From the NCBI GenBank assembly GCA_951406725.2, contig OX597821.1, positions 45,260,001-45,324,000 of the forward strand: DNA of 64,000 nt. The letters run 5' to 3'. Both the position numbers and the translations under genes were made by a program. The DNA comes from Octopus vulgaris. Its lineage: Eukaryota. The stretch's first letter is position 1. Every line of letters starts with the position of its first letter. The notes under the pieces were generated by a model that worked only from the letters and a program-made list of their open reading frames with translations, was not told where the DNA came from and did no database searches. This document shows positions 25,126 through 37,936 of this stretch, one piece after another.

Positions 25126-25579
25126 GTTACAGAGTGACAATGGACAAATTCGTGTTTGATAAGTGCCAATACACGAAACTCAGGTTATGACTTACTCTCT
25201 AACTTCTGCCGATGATATATATACATATTACATATATGTGTAAAAAAATCTCATCACGCAATCGAACCAATGAAAGAGCCTCTACCTGGTTTCTTGACAC
25301 GCTAAAAATAGCAGCCAATGTATCCCCCTTCATAAATCACACGCCCATTGTATGTAATGTCCTATATTATCCCTAAAAAGACGGTTTGCTGAAGGCTGGA
25401 ATGTCTTTGATGATACGTTTGCAGTATCAGGGTTGATTTGAGGCTAAATAACAACATTATGGTCAATTTCTATATTGACCACGATTTTCACTATGAAAAA
25501 AAAAAGATTTTTTGCGTGGAATCAAGCACCCTGACCTCTTAAAATACCGCAAATCCCTTATTTTGGTTCGGAAAAAATG

Positions 25580-25620
25580 AGGTGGTGGTGGTGGTGGTGG
25601 TGGTGGTGGTGGTGGGGGGG
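25580..25620. repeat. (GGT)n microsatellite
   Basis: Direct reading. Confidence 0.9.
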
Positions 25621-26809
25621 CAATCCCGGATTCATTGGACATTTTTTTTCGTTGAATGAATTCCTGTGACCTCCTAATATTGCAAAATTAGGTTACCGGT
25701 GGTTTTGGAGTGTTGTTATTTGTAACTTTTGGTGAGCCATGGTGCAACCAACAACATGGTAAAAATCCCTGCCATTAATTTGGTGTGGATGGGTAATATC
25801 AAATAATTCAATCTCAACATATATTTAAATTTGAACATGAAGAAAATTGAAATATTATCACCACTTACATGGAAAAATTGAAATATTATCTTTCAGTATT
25901 TTATAAGGCAAAATCTTAAATTATTAATCGACACATTAATTATCTTGTAACAGCAATGCCTGGAAAATCATGGATTACATGGAAAAATGTGAGCATGTAT
26001 AGTCATATTCTTAAGATTATAAACCTGGAAAAGTACAGGACAAGGTATTACACTTGTAAAAGTATAGGACAAAAAACATAATGAAACAATGTGGTGAAGA
26101 TCTTTAAACGCATGAAAAGATACACCGATAGAGAATTAAATCCAAGTGAAATAATTTTAGTTAGAAAATAGTTGTGGATGTTAAAATTTTACCTTTTACG
26201 TGTTATAGACCGAACACTGTGGCTATGCTGAAGCACCGTAATTATTGATTTTCTAAAATTTTAGGTTTAAGTGCTTATCTGTGTTATGAGAGTAGACTGA
26301 TACATACATCGGCAGAAGGGAAACTAGCTAGACAGAGATGCTTAAAATGGGATATGTTAAGAGACATATAAATAAATAGGTATCTGTACTGAAAAGAAAT
26401 GAAAATAATCTCGATTGATGAGACTGAGCCTTAGTGATCGTTTGACAGCGAAAGGTGTTGTATTTTTTTTTATATATACGAATAAATTTCAGCTGTTAGA
26501 TTCATCTTTCATTTCCTTAAGATATAAGCACATCATAACAGTTAAACATTAAGAGAAGGTAAATAAGCAATACCTTCTACTTTCATTTCAAATATATCTA
26601 AAAGTACAAATTTGAACATAATGTTTTCAAACATGCCGACTTACACCGCAGAATTTCCACGTGACCTGCTAGTTATAATTAAAGCGCCGATGTATGTTAT
26701 TTCTGATTTAATATGTGAAAATACCTAAATAGATGAAATTACTTATGAATGGTGGAGGTATGATGGTGGTGGTATGATGGCAGATATCTGTTTAGTTTTT
26801 ATATATTGC

Positions 26810-27020
26810 TGTTGGTTAGCTATAGCTCACTCTTGATTTGGTAGAGCTATGATCATAGACATTCCAGTCATGATCTTACAGATCTTACGGTTCGGTTAGG
26901 GGTATCTAAATATGAAAAACACATATGATCCTTCAGTATTTATTATTTAAGACGATATAGTTTGATGTAAAAGAAATTTGGCTGGCGTTTCTTTCCAGTC
27001 AAGAGACGAAGCAGAGGCTC
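26810..27020 (+). repeat. Old dispersed repeat D (other copies near 25280-25450 rc, 30405-30580, 32030-32215, 37195-37375)
   Basis: Shared ctatgatca...cattccagcc/tcatgac...gatttggctgctatttc skeleton. Confidence 0.55.
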
Positions 27021-28154
27021 CTAGTTACCTTTTGTGTGTGTCGGTGCAACGTAAAGCCGTGAAGATAAGCTGAAGTTAAAATTCCAACAGCAAACGGCTG
27101 ACTCACATCAAACGATTGTGATATATCATTACAAGTCACTGAAGTTGTGGTCATTTGCGTGAATATTGATCACCGTGCTGAATGAATAGCTGAGTCAGAA
27201 AACACGTTTCCAGTTATTGATTCTTGAAATGGTATCTGCAATACTGAAATATTCCGCTCGTTCATTCACTGCCAATCTTGTTCCATTACCCAAGTGGTCG
27301 TTGATGGTCATTACAGAATCACTCACTTTATGGAACATTCAGCCATATCATTCATTGAATCTGAAATTAATAAATGGACACGACTTTGTACCATTTTACT
27401 ACCCTATTACCGTTGTTTTCACACAGCTGTCTTAATTGATTAGTAACCCGTCAAGTCATTATGATACCTACGTGTTCTTATACATTAGAAAGCGAGTGAC
27501 AGATTTGATTATCTGTGAAAAATGCCTGCCGGAATTGATTAATAAGTTTATAAGTTTGCTTATATCATTGATTAAGTTTGCTATCATTAGTAAAGTTTGT
27601 TCATTGATTACAACTAAAAGCATCATCGTGGAAAATGATTATAAAAGCGAATATGTATGACGGCGTTTGTAGCCTAGTTTTATTGCAAAACTCCAATAAA
27701 TGTAATTTACAGCATAGAATCAACACCGTGAAAGCCCCCAAAAATTCTGTTTTTTTTAACACTGAACCTTGTTGACTCTGCCCTCCGTACTACTACAAGC
27801 AATTTTTTTTATTTAGCTGTCATTCTCTGTTTCTGTGTAAGTATATGCATTTATTTGTAGCTTTCATGTACACAGACGTGATGTATGTTTGTTACTTCAA
27901 TGTTTATGTTATTCCGTTGTTAGGAGTTTTATTTGTATTATTTTGAATAGTGGATATTTGCTCTCTAGGCTTTTTTTTCATACTGCTTGGTGTATCCATT
28001 ACAAACGCTTGCAACCAGAAGGCTTCATGTACAGGCATGTTTTGCATCGCATCTTTTTCTTTAATACAGTTCTATATTTAAGAGATGAGGAATTATGTAC
28101 ATTATTTAAATTATTTACAATTGACAGATATTTGCCCTCATCTTGCTTGTTGTT

Positions 28155-28200
28155 AACACAACGTTTCGGCTGATATACCCTCCAGGCTTCATCAGGTGTC
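28155..28200 (-). ncRNA. Minimal type I hammerhead ribozyme motif
   Basis: rc GACAC CTGATGA A GCCTG-loop-CAGCC GAAA CGTT GTGTT. Confidence 0.7.
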
Positions 28201-28254
28201 TTGGGGAAATTTCAAACCTGGGTTCACATTCCTAAGGTATTTTTCAATGTTGCT

Positions 28255-28311
<57 letters not shown>

Positions 28312-28358
28312 TCGAAAAATACCTTAGGAATGAAAACCCAGCTTCGAAATTTCCCCAA

Positions 28359-28404
28359 GACACCTGATGAAGGCTGGAGGGAATATCAGCCGAAACCTTC
28401 TGCT
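28359..28404 (+). ncRNA. Hammerhead motif, second arm (stem III and cleavage site mutated)
   Basis: GACAC CTGATGA A GGCTG GAGGGAATAT CAGCC GAAA CCTT CTGCT. Confidence 0.55.
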
Positions 28405-28946
28405 AACAACAAACAAGATGTCAACTGTATCTGTCAATTGTAAATTATGTAAATAATGTATCGTTTTCTTTGTTTCCAGAACGATTCAAGACTCGAACTT
28501 CTTGAAACTACAAACAGATGGTAGACTTCCCGTTGTGGCAATCGGGATGCCACATACCACAGCGACAGTGACATATCGCAATTTCCTTAGTTTCTACACA
28601 CATGAATGTACATTGAAGGTGTAATATAAGAGGAGGCAGTTACGGTTCTCCTTCGGTCAATGAAGCTGTCTCTTCCGATCAAGTGTCAGAGAGACGGAGT
28701 GTTGCACTTTTCTTCAAACAGACGTATGATTTTGTCATCGCATGCCGTTGAGGCACTACACTATAAAAGGAAAGGAGCGCAAAAGCTGACCATATTTGGT
28801 ATCGAGAAGACAGCCAACAAATGCAAAATTGCATGTCTGTATGTTTGATATATATATACATATGTGTGTATGTATGTATGTATGTATGTATGTATGTATG
28901 TATGTATGTATGTATGTATGTATGTATGTATGTATGTATGTATGTA

Positions 28947-30112
28947 TTTCATTATTCAGTTTATTTCAAAATTCTAGCTAATAGAGAAAGAACTGGTTTC
29001 TAACCTAGATACAAGGTTCCTTCGTTGGAATTTCAACATCAAAAACAGGGTATGTATGTATGTATGTGTGTATGTATGTATGTATGTATGTATGTATGTA
29101 TGTATGTATGTATGTATGTATGTGTGTATGCATGTATGTATGTATGTATGTATGTATGTATGTATGTATGTATGTATGTGTGTATGCATGTATGTATGTA
29201 TGTATGTATGTATGTATGTATGTATGGATTGGAATTATCTTTCTCCTTTCTGGTTTTGAGAAGCCTAATTTCTCAAGGTTGGTATTCAAGCAGTGTTTTA
29301 CATATCCCAGGGCCCCATCAGTTATAGGTATAAACCTGAACTTGTAATCTGGATAGAGCAACAGCAGATTTCTCAATAGTTCAGCGTAGGTGTTCTCTTT
29401 TTCATTGATCTTCAGTTTTATGTTAACGTCCGCTGGGCAGCTAATTTCCAGAACTGTGCACAGTTTCTCTTCTCTGTCCTAGATCATTATATCAGGTCTG
29501 TTGTACTTACATTTTATTGTGGTCTTCACTGATTATACATTCCATCAGTATTCCTTTTTATTATGAGTAGCAATGGCTTCTACCATATTGTGGTTTCTTA
29601 TTTCTTTGTCCTCGGGATTATACTTCCGACGGATTTCATTATAGAGTGTCCTAGCTACAACGTCATGTCTAATTTGTAGATAATACCGTGATTACATTTT
29701 CGGACGACTGCTTATGATGTGGGTAATATCTTCAATGTGAACTCCACAAAGTTTGCATCATTTGTCACATTTTACGGCTTTTCCTGCATCACTGTCCCTT
29801 TCATGCATCAGGTACCTGGTTGATATTTCCTGTTTCTGGATTGCAAACGCATACCCTTCAAAATGGTGGGTTGTAATTCCGCTATTCGTCCATGATAGAC
29901 TGCTTTGATGATCGATGTTACTATCCTCACGGAGCTTTCTATTAACATATCCATGCATAGCCTTCCGCTCATATAGGCTCATCCATTCATCAGATCATAT
30001 GTGGCGTTAGAGTCGTTCGACTTCTTTGGGTATGCATTCTAGGTTATCAGACAAAGAGTGTTGCTCAAGGAGCTCCCTTCCAAGTCTTATGATGTTATTA
30101 GCTTGGTCAAAG
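28947..30112 (-). mobile_element. RLE-type (R4-like) LINE remnant bounded and split by (TATG)n tracts
   Basis: FEGYAFAIQKQEI, CKLC...HIISS, RHDVVAR, NRPDIMI...LEISCPAD, FIPITDGALG; probable 3'UTR at 28947-29050; (TATG)n at 28868-28946, 29051-29226 and 30113-30186. Confidence 0.85.
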
Positions 30113-30535
30113 GTATGTATGTATGTATGTATGTATGTATGTATGTATGTATGTATGTATGTATGTATGTATGTATGTATGTATGTTTTCGTATGTATAT
30201 ATGTATATATATATGTATATAAATACAGCATTTAGAAATAATAAACCTTTTGGATTAACTGGTGCTAGAGTGATCAATATAGTGACCACTCTCTTATATT
30301 TATTTTATATATATGTATATATATATGTATATATAAATACCTGTCTGTAATTTCTTAACAATCCCATTTTTTGCGCAAGTAAGTATACAATATTCATGTT
30401 TATTCCTAAGTCAGCATGAACTCAGCTGATTATGATCGTTCCAGCCATGACAACCCTGTCTTCGTCTTCCGTATTGCAAATCTAACACTATATTGCACTA
30501 TGTAGCGTTGCTTTTTGAAGACGGTGTAATATACT

Positions 30536-30983
30536 TTGGCAAATATTTGACAGTTTTTCTAGCAGGTCGAGCGAGCATGCATATATACGTACATTTTTAT
30601 GTATGTCGGCTCGTGTGAAATGCTGTATATCAGAGATTCATGTGGTTCTACTTTGGTAAATACGATGAACCTATACTTCTTCTAACGATGGCAGAATGTT
30701 TTGACGTCACATTCGATCGATTTTCAAGATGAGATTTCAATGTTCCATCTAATAAACAAGTTGACACTGTCCTACCCACCAATGTCGAACATGGTTAGAT
30801 ATTTTATTTTGATTTGATAAAGGGAATTGAATTATCTTCTAAGAGTATGAATAAATTATAATTTTTTTTATTAATGGCAATATTACCTTTTTTCATAAGT
30901 CATCTGAGATGGGAAAATACGCACTTTGATTAGGATTGAACATCGTATCACTGCGTGCTAATTTATTGGGAGAAATCATGTGA

Positions 30984-31043
<60 letters not shown>

Positions 31044-31514
31044 TGTGAGGGAGAGAGAAAGAGAGGGTGAGAGAAAAAGAGAAAGGGAGACACTGAAGCT
31101 GAGGTTTATCTAGTTTCATTAATTTTTTGCTACCGCTTAATTAAAGGAGGATCGTTCAATTAAAGGAGAAAGGCTTACGTCTACGACATTTTTTCCAGGC
31201 AAGTTTGCTGGTAGGACGGGTGGATGTTTTCCTTGGACCTGAAATCTAGTCTAGATGTTTGTAATAGAAATGATGGCGGCGGTGTTAAAGCAGGCGCCGT
31301 ATTAAGTCTGTCATAAACGAATAAACAGGAACGACGGTTCCTCCAAAGAGCATCCATCTACCAAATGTGTGTGCGCATTGTTCTAAATAAATGCATGGAA
31401 CACATGCATGAATATGAAAAATAGTTATAAAAAGACAACACGGTCGTATATTAAACACACCAACGCGTGCGCGCACGTGTACATACATGTATACACATAC
31501 ACACACACACACAA

Positions 31515-31550
<36 letters not shown>

Positions 31551-32867
31551 TTACTCGCACACATACATACACAGATATAAACATACATACGTACTTATTC
31601 ACATATATGTGTGAGTGAGTGCGCGTGCGATTTTTGCGGGAAGGATTGCTTCGGCGTGGTCGTGTTCTGCCCTTGCCTTCGAAATACGCATTGAGTCGAA
31701 ACAGGGGCAGCTGAAGAAGGGGAATGTTCCTTGTGTTGTTTGTCTTGTACTCTGTTTTTTCGTTGTTAAAAAAAATTCGTTTCCTTGTTTGGTTTTATGT
31801 TTTCGTTTCTCGTTGTGTTCTACGTTTATTTGTGGTGTCCTGTACTCATATATGCCTGTATATATACATATAGATGTAGGTATGTACATATATGTATGTA
31901 TGTATGCATATGTTTTATTTATTAAATTGTTATTATATATATATATATATATACTGAGAGTGAATGAGAGACTTATGTTTGTAAATGAGTGTGAGTGGAC
32001 ATACGTATTTACATATCATTCTTGCTGTTAATTAGTTCTAGGTCAGCCTTGATTGAGCAGACCTATGATGACAGGCCTCCCAGCTGTGATTCTTCAGAGT
32101 TTTCTATGTATAGGCTATATTGTCCACATATCCTCTGTCATCTAAGATGGTATTCTGTAATGTGAGAAAGATTAGGTTGCTATTTCCAGCAACTCGACTT
32201 CCTCATAGAAGCTTTCTTGTTTATGTATGCTGTAAGAGTATTTGCTGCCAAAATAGATAAACTCGAATGGAACAGATTTTATTGAGTTAAATTTTCTTGT
32301 ATTTGATCCAGTGCCTGACAGTCGATAAGAATATCGGTTTTTCTGTAAAATATTGTCCAACTTCTTCCTATATCTCTGCAAGCATGGTTGTGTTGTAGGA
32401 CGTTTGTTTCGTAACTACATAGTTTTAAGTTCAATCTCAGCGTAAGGTATCTCAGAGAAGTGTCTTCTGTCAAAGCCTGGTAGCAATCAAAGCATTGTGA
32501 GTGATAGTTGGTAGATGGATGCTCTTTGGAGGGACAGTCGTTCCTGTTTATTCTCTTATGACAGACTTAATATGTCACCTTCTTTAACACCGCCGCCACC
32601 ATTTCTATTACAAACATCTAGACTAGACACCCGATCTAATGAAAAATTTCCACCCTTTTTACCAGCAGACTTGGAGGCCTTGAAAAGTGTCTTTCTCCTT
32701 TAATTAAATGATCCTCCTTTAATTAAGCTTCAGTAAAAAATTAATAAAACCAGATAAACCTCAGCTTCAGTGTCTCTCTCTTTCTCTTTTTCTCTCTATC
32801 GCTCTCCCTTTTTCTTCCTCTTTCTTTCTCTCTCTCTCTCTCTCTCTCTCTCCTTCACACACACACA

Positions 32868-32938
<71 letters not shown>

Positions 32939-33358
32939 CGCAGGATTTTACCTAATAAATCGGCACGCAGTGATACGAAGTTCAATCCTAATCAATCTAC
33001 GTATTTTTCCATCTCAGATGACTAATGACTAACGTAATATTGCCATAAATACAAAAAAGAACTTCATAATTCATTCATATTCTAAGAAGAAAATTCAAAT
33101 CACTTTATCAAATTAAGATAGGATATCTAACCATGTTCGGCATTAATGGGTAAGATAGTGTCAATCTGTTTATTAAATGGAGACTTGAAACCCCATCCAG
33201 AAGGTCGATCAACTGTGACGTTTAAACATTCTGCTATCGTTAGTGAAGTATAGGTTCCTCATATTTACCAAAGTAGAACCACCTGAATCTCTGGTATACT
33301 AGATCCTTTACATGCTCACTCGGCCTGCTAGAAAAAAAAACTGTCAAATATTTGCCAA
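30536..33358. repeat. Long diverged inverted duplication: arms 30536-31364 and 32508-33358, ~1.14-kb spacer
   Basis: ccaaagagcatccatctaccaa vs ttggtagatggatgctctttgg; gacactgaagctgaggtttatct vs agataaacctcagcttcagtgtc; (GT)n/(CA)n mirrored. Confidence 0.92.
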
Positions 33359-33439
33359 CAGCAGCAGGAGCAACAACTATAGCCGCTGCAACTGCAGCAT
33401 CAACAGTAGTTATGGGAGTAATATAATATAAATAATAAT

Positions 33440-33654
33440 AATCCTTTCTACTGGAGACACAAGACCTCAGACTTGTTGGGATGGGGACTAGGGGATTATA
33501 TCGACACCAGTGTTTCACTGACCTTAATTTATCAACCCCGAAAGGACGAGAGGCAAAGTCGACCTCGGAGGAATTTGAACTCAGAACATAGCTACGAGCG
33601 AAATGCTGCTAAGCATTTCGTCCAGCGCGCTAACGATTCGACCAGCTCATCGCC
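33440..33654 (-). mobile_element. SINE family B
   Basis: Matches other copies. Confidence 0.85.
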
Positions 33655-33669
33655 TTTATAATGATGATG

Positions 33670-33700
<31 letters not shown>

Positions 33701-33844
33701 TGATAATAATAATAATGATGATGATGATGATAATAATAATAATTATTATTATTACTATTATTGGACGAAGTACCTAGCGGCATTTCGCTCGTAGCTATGT
33801 TCCGAGTACATCTCCAGCGTTAGATGTGCAAAGACAATAATAAC

Positions 33845-34568
<724 letters not shown>

Positions 34569-34571
<3 letters not shown>

Positions 34572-35597
34572 GCAATAACAATGAAGATTGCTACAATTGG
34601 CCTAGACACCTACCTGAAAAACTCTGAGGACTGGATGTTAAAACTTGTCTCAAAACATGAAAACAAGAAAGCATCATACTCAGTCACAAAACAGGCAAAG
34701 GAATATCTAAGTGAATTCCGAATACAACCAATTTCGGAATTAGAGATAGATATACAAGAAACAAGCACAGAAAAAGCTAGTCGCATGAAAACCCGTGCCA
34801 AAACTGCGGCCTTAGATATTCTGAATAATAAATGGCAAGAAAAACCTCTCTATGGCAAATACCCAAAGAGAGCGAATAATGCAGATATCGACAAAGCCCT
34901 GATCCATCAATGGCTAATGGCCTCTGGCTTAAAATCTGAAACAGAGGGGTTTATCATAGCAGCTCAAGATCAATGCCTACCAACAAGAAACTACCAGGCC
35001 AACATATTAAAGATCAGAAGCAGTCCAACGTGTCGTGTATGCAAGCAACAAAATGAAACCGTTGACCATGTGGTCTCCAAGTGCAGTCTTCTAGCGCCTA
35101 CAGAGTATCTCAACAGGCACGATAGAGCTGCACAATATATTCACTGGGTAATCTGTAAAAACCTGGATTTGCCCCATGAAAAAAACTGGTGGGAACACAA
35201 ACCACCCCCAGTGCTTGAAAATGACCACATCTCACTCCTCTGGAACTTCACCATTCAAACTGACAGGAAGATAGATGCAAATAGGCCAGACATCATATTG
35301 AAAGAATTCAAACAAAGAACATGCCTCCTCATTGATATGACTGTCCCAATCGATATAAACGTATCTGTCAAGACCTACCAAAAACTGAGCAAATATAAAG
35401 ATCTTGAAATAGAAATCAGCAAAATGTGGAAGCTGAAGACTAAAACAATACCTGTTGTCATAGGTGCCCTGGGAATGATAGCAAAAGGGGCTGATAGCTA
35501 CCTAACTCAGATACCAGGAAACCCAAAAATGGCAGAAGTTCAAAAGATAGTGCTCATGGGAACTGCTCATATCCTACGCAAAATACTCTCTATGTAA
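34569..35597 (+). CDS. R4/Dong-clade retrotransposon C-terminal ORF fragment (342 aa; CCHC plus RLE)
   Basis: WQEKPLYGKY, SGLKSETEGFIIAAQDQ, CRVC-x8-H-x4-C, RHD, NRPDII...LIDMTVP, KYKDL, HILRKILSM*; 3'UTR to ~35810 then (TAA)n. Confidence 0.93.
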
Positions 35598-35834
35598 TCT
35601 CAAGGTTTAAAACAAACATAATTTTCGGTAAAAAAAAAAAAAAAAACCTCTTTTTTTTTTTTAGACATTCATTAGTACAACATCCCCACCCCCCAAATAT
35701 ATGGCACACTAGGCATAACAACAACATGAACTTCCAACCCTGTTGTCTCTTGAGGTCTCTGGGTGAGACTTGGAGCCAACTTGTACAAATATAAAGCAAA
35801 ACTCAAACATAGAATAATAATAATAATAGTAGTA

Positions 35835-35883
<49 letters not shown>

Positions 35884-35884
<1 letters not shown>

Positions 35885-36922
35885 CCAGATAGCGGCAAAA
35901 CACGAGCAAAACAAAAAACTGTTCTCAGTATTTAAGGAAGCTGACAAATACAAACAAGAAATCATACCACCTAATAAACATGAAGAAGAAGAAGAAGATG
36001 AAGAAACAACAAAAGCTATAAAAAAAATGAAATCCAAACTAAAAATAGAACAGCAAAGAACCATGATAAAACGATGGCAAGAAAAGCCCCTTCATGGTAA
36101 ATACTGGACTAAACTAAACGCAAAAGAAATAGACAAAGAAAAATCCCAGCAATGGTTGAGAAGCTCAGGACTCAAAGCAGAAACAGAGGGATTTTTAATT
36201 GCAGCACAAGACCAAAGCCTCCCCACCAGAAATTACCAAAAACATGTAATGAAAAGAAATATTACAAGTAACTGCAGAATATGTGGAGATGGACAAGAAA
36301 CAATAAATCATATTATCTCTAGCTGCCCAGTCCTGGCTAAGAAGGAATATATTCACAGACATGACAGAGTTGGAACTTACATACATTGGAAGCTATGCCA
36401 ACATTATGGAATAACAACAGAAAAAAGATGGTATAGGCACACACCAGAAAAGGTCACAGAAAACGAGAAAGCAACCATACTCTGGGATATGCCGATACAC
36501 ACAGATAGAGAAATTAAGGCCAGCAGACCGAAGAAAAAAAATGCTTTCTAATTGATGTATCAGTACCGGCAGATGACAACGTGTCTCTAAAAGAAATGGA
36601 GAAACTCTCAAAATACAAAGACCTGGAAATAGAGGTAACTAGAATGTGGAATCTGAAAACAGAAACAATTCCTATCATAGTAGGTGCATTAGGCATGATA
36701 AAAAATATTCAGACAAATACATAACAAAAACACCAGGACTTACAAACACATATAACATACAGAAAATTGCACTACTGGGCACTGCACACATCCTACGCAG
36801 AACACTTTCCATACAATAACCATCAGAGCATCACAACAAATCACAGCACATACCCAAGGCACACAGAGCTGTGCTCGGTAGTGAAGTGAAAGCACGCTAT
36901 AAAAATAAAAATAAAACTACTG
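35884..36922 (+). mobile_element. Dong-like element copy 4 (frameshifted, deletion at the PD motif)
   Basis: WQEKPLHGKYW, CRIC...HIISSC, RHDRVG, ILWDMPI; (TAA)n on both sides. Confidence 0.9.
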
Positions 36923-36939
36923 AATAATAATAATAATAA

Positions 36940-37152
36940 ATCCTTGTAATTTTTGTACAAGGCCAGTAATTTCGAAGGGAATGGAGTAGGCGATACCATC
37001 AAACCCAGTAAGTGTATGTATTTAATTCTGTCAATTTCGACAAGAAAGGCAAAGTTGAGCTTAGAGGTATTTGAACTCAGACAATGAAGAGTCGGAAAAA
37101 GAAAGACAGTAAAACATTTTTCTTGTTCTAGCGAGCTTGCCAGCTCGCTGGC
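36940..37152 (-). mobile_element. Degenerate SINE family B
   Basis: caaggcc...aaggcaaagttgagc...atttgaactcag...gccagctcgc. Confidence 0.65.
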
Positions 37153-37506
37153 ATTACAGCAGCAGCAGCAGCAGCAGCAGCAGCAATAGTAGTAGGCGTC
37201 TAACCTTGACCGCGCAGATGTATAATCAAAGGCGTTTCAGCCGTTATCGTCCACATCATTGTTTATCATTGTCCGCTATTTTCTTTTCTTTTATAAGACG
37301 GCAAAGTATGATTTGAGAGAGATTCGCGACTATTTCAAACTACCACATAGAAACTTCCTCGCTGGCTCGGCTGAAGACTTGTTGCTGCGATTCTTTCACG
37401 TCCTGTGATCGACACGTCGGCTGCTGTGCTGGATAAAAGTTGTAGAAACATTTTACTAAAATATTATCTAGAAAATTATAAGGGATTTGACTTTAAAAAA
37501 AAAGTT

Positions 37507-37936
37507 GGATCTTTTCGGTTTGAACGGCAGTTTTTTCTAGCGGTGTCATATGAAATTGTCACCCATAATTATGACCCTAGTATCGATCTATTGCATTTCA
37601 ATCTGTTTTAGGGTTAGGGTTAGTTAGGGTTAGGGTTCGGGGTGGGGGGAAGGGTATCTTTTTTCTTCAGAAATGTAAATAAGCCTAATCTGTTTCTTAA
37701 ACGAGGGACATATTCATACGGCACAGAATGCTTTCACCTCAATAGACGTCATTGATTGGTTGAAATTGCAGAAATTGAAGAAAAAAACAACAAATATCTT
37801 ACAAACTATAGAATTTTCTCAATAAAGCCAAGAGAAAAAGATGTTTTATAAACACATTCTACCAGTATACGAAGTTTAAAAGTGTTTAGTTACGTGGAAA
37901 TTATCTTAAAAAACTGCCGTTCAAACTGAAAAGATC
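37507..37936. mobile_element. MITE with ~30-bp TIRs and internal TTAGGG repeats
   Basis: GGATCTTTTCGGTTTGAACGGCAGTTTTTT ... AAAAAACTGCCGTTCAAACTGAAAAGATC; TTAGGG-like tract at 37608-37637. Confidence 0.85.

Larger units (their letters stand above)
28092..28460. mobile_element. Penelope-like pseudo-LTR inverted pair around (CAA)n
   Basis: 28092-28250 is the rc of 28310-28460 with several mismatches; each arm has a hammerhead core. Confidence 0.8.

Noticed and set aside
26408-26465. TTGATGA...GAAA possible hammerhead
   Set aside because: No convincing stem I or stem III
28480-28525. Plus-strand acceptor tttctttgtttccag with possible exon
   Set aside because: Weak donor and no recognisable coding signal; insufficient support
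37608-37637. True telomere or chromosome fusion site
   Set aside because: Only ~4-5 units, internal to a TIR-bounded MITE
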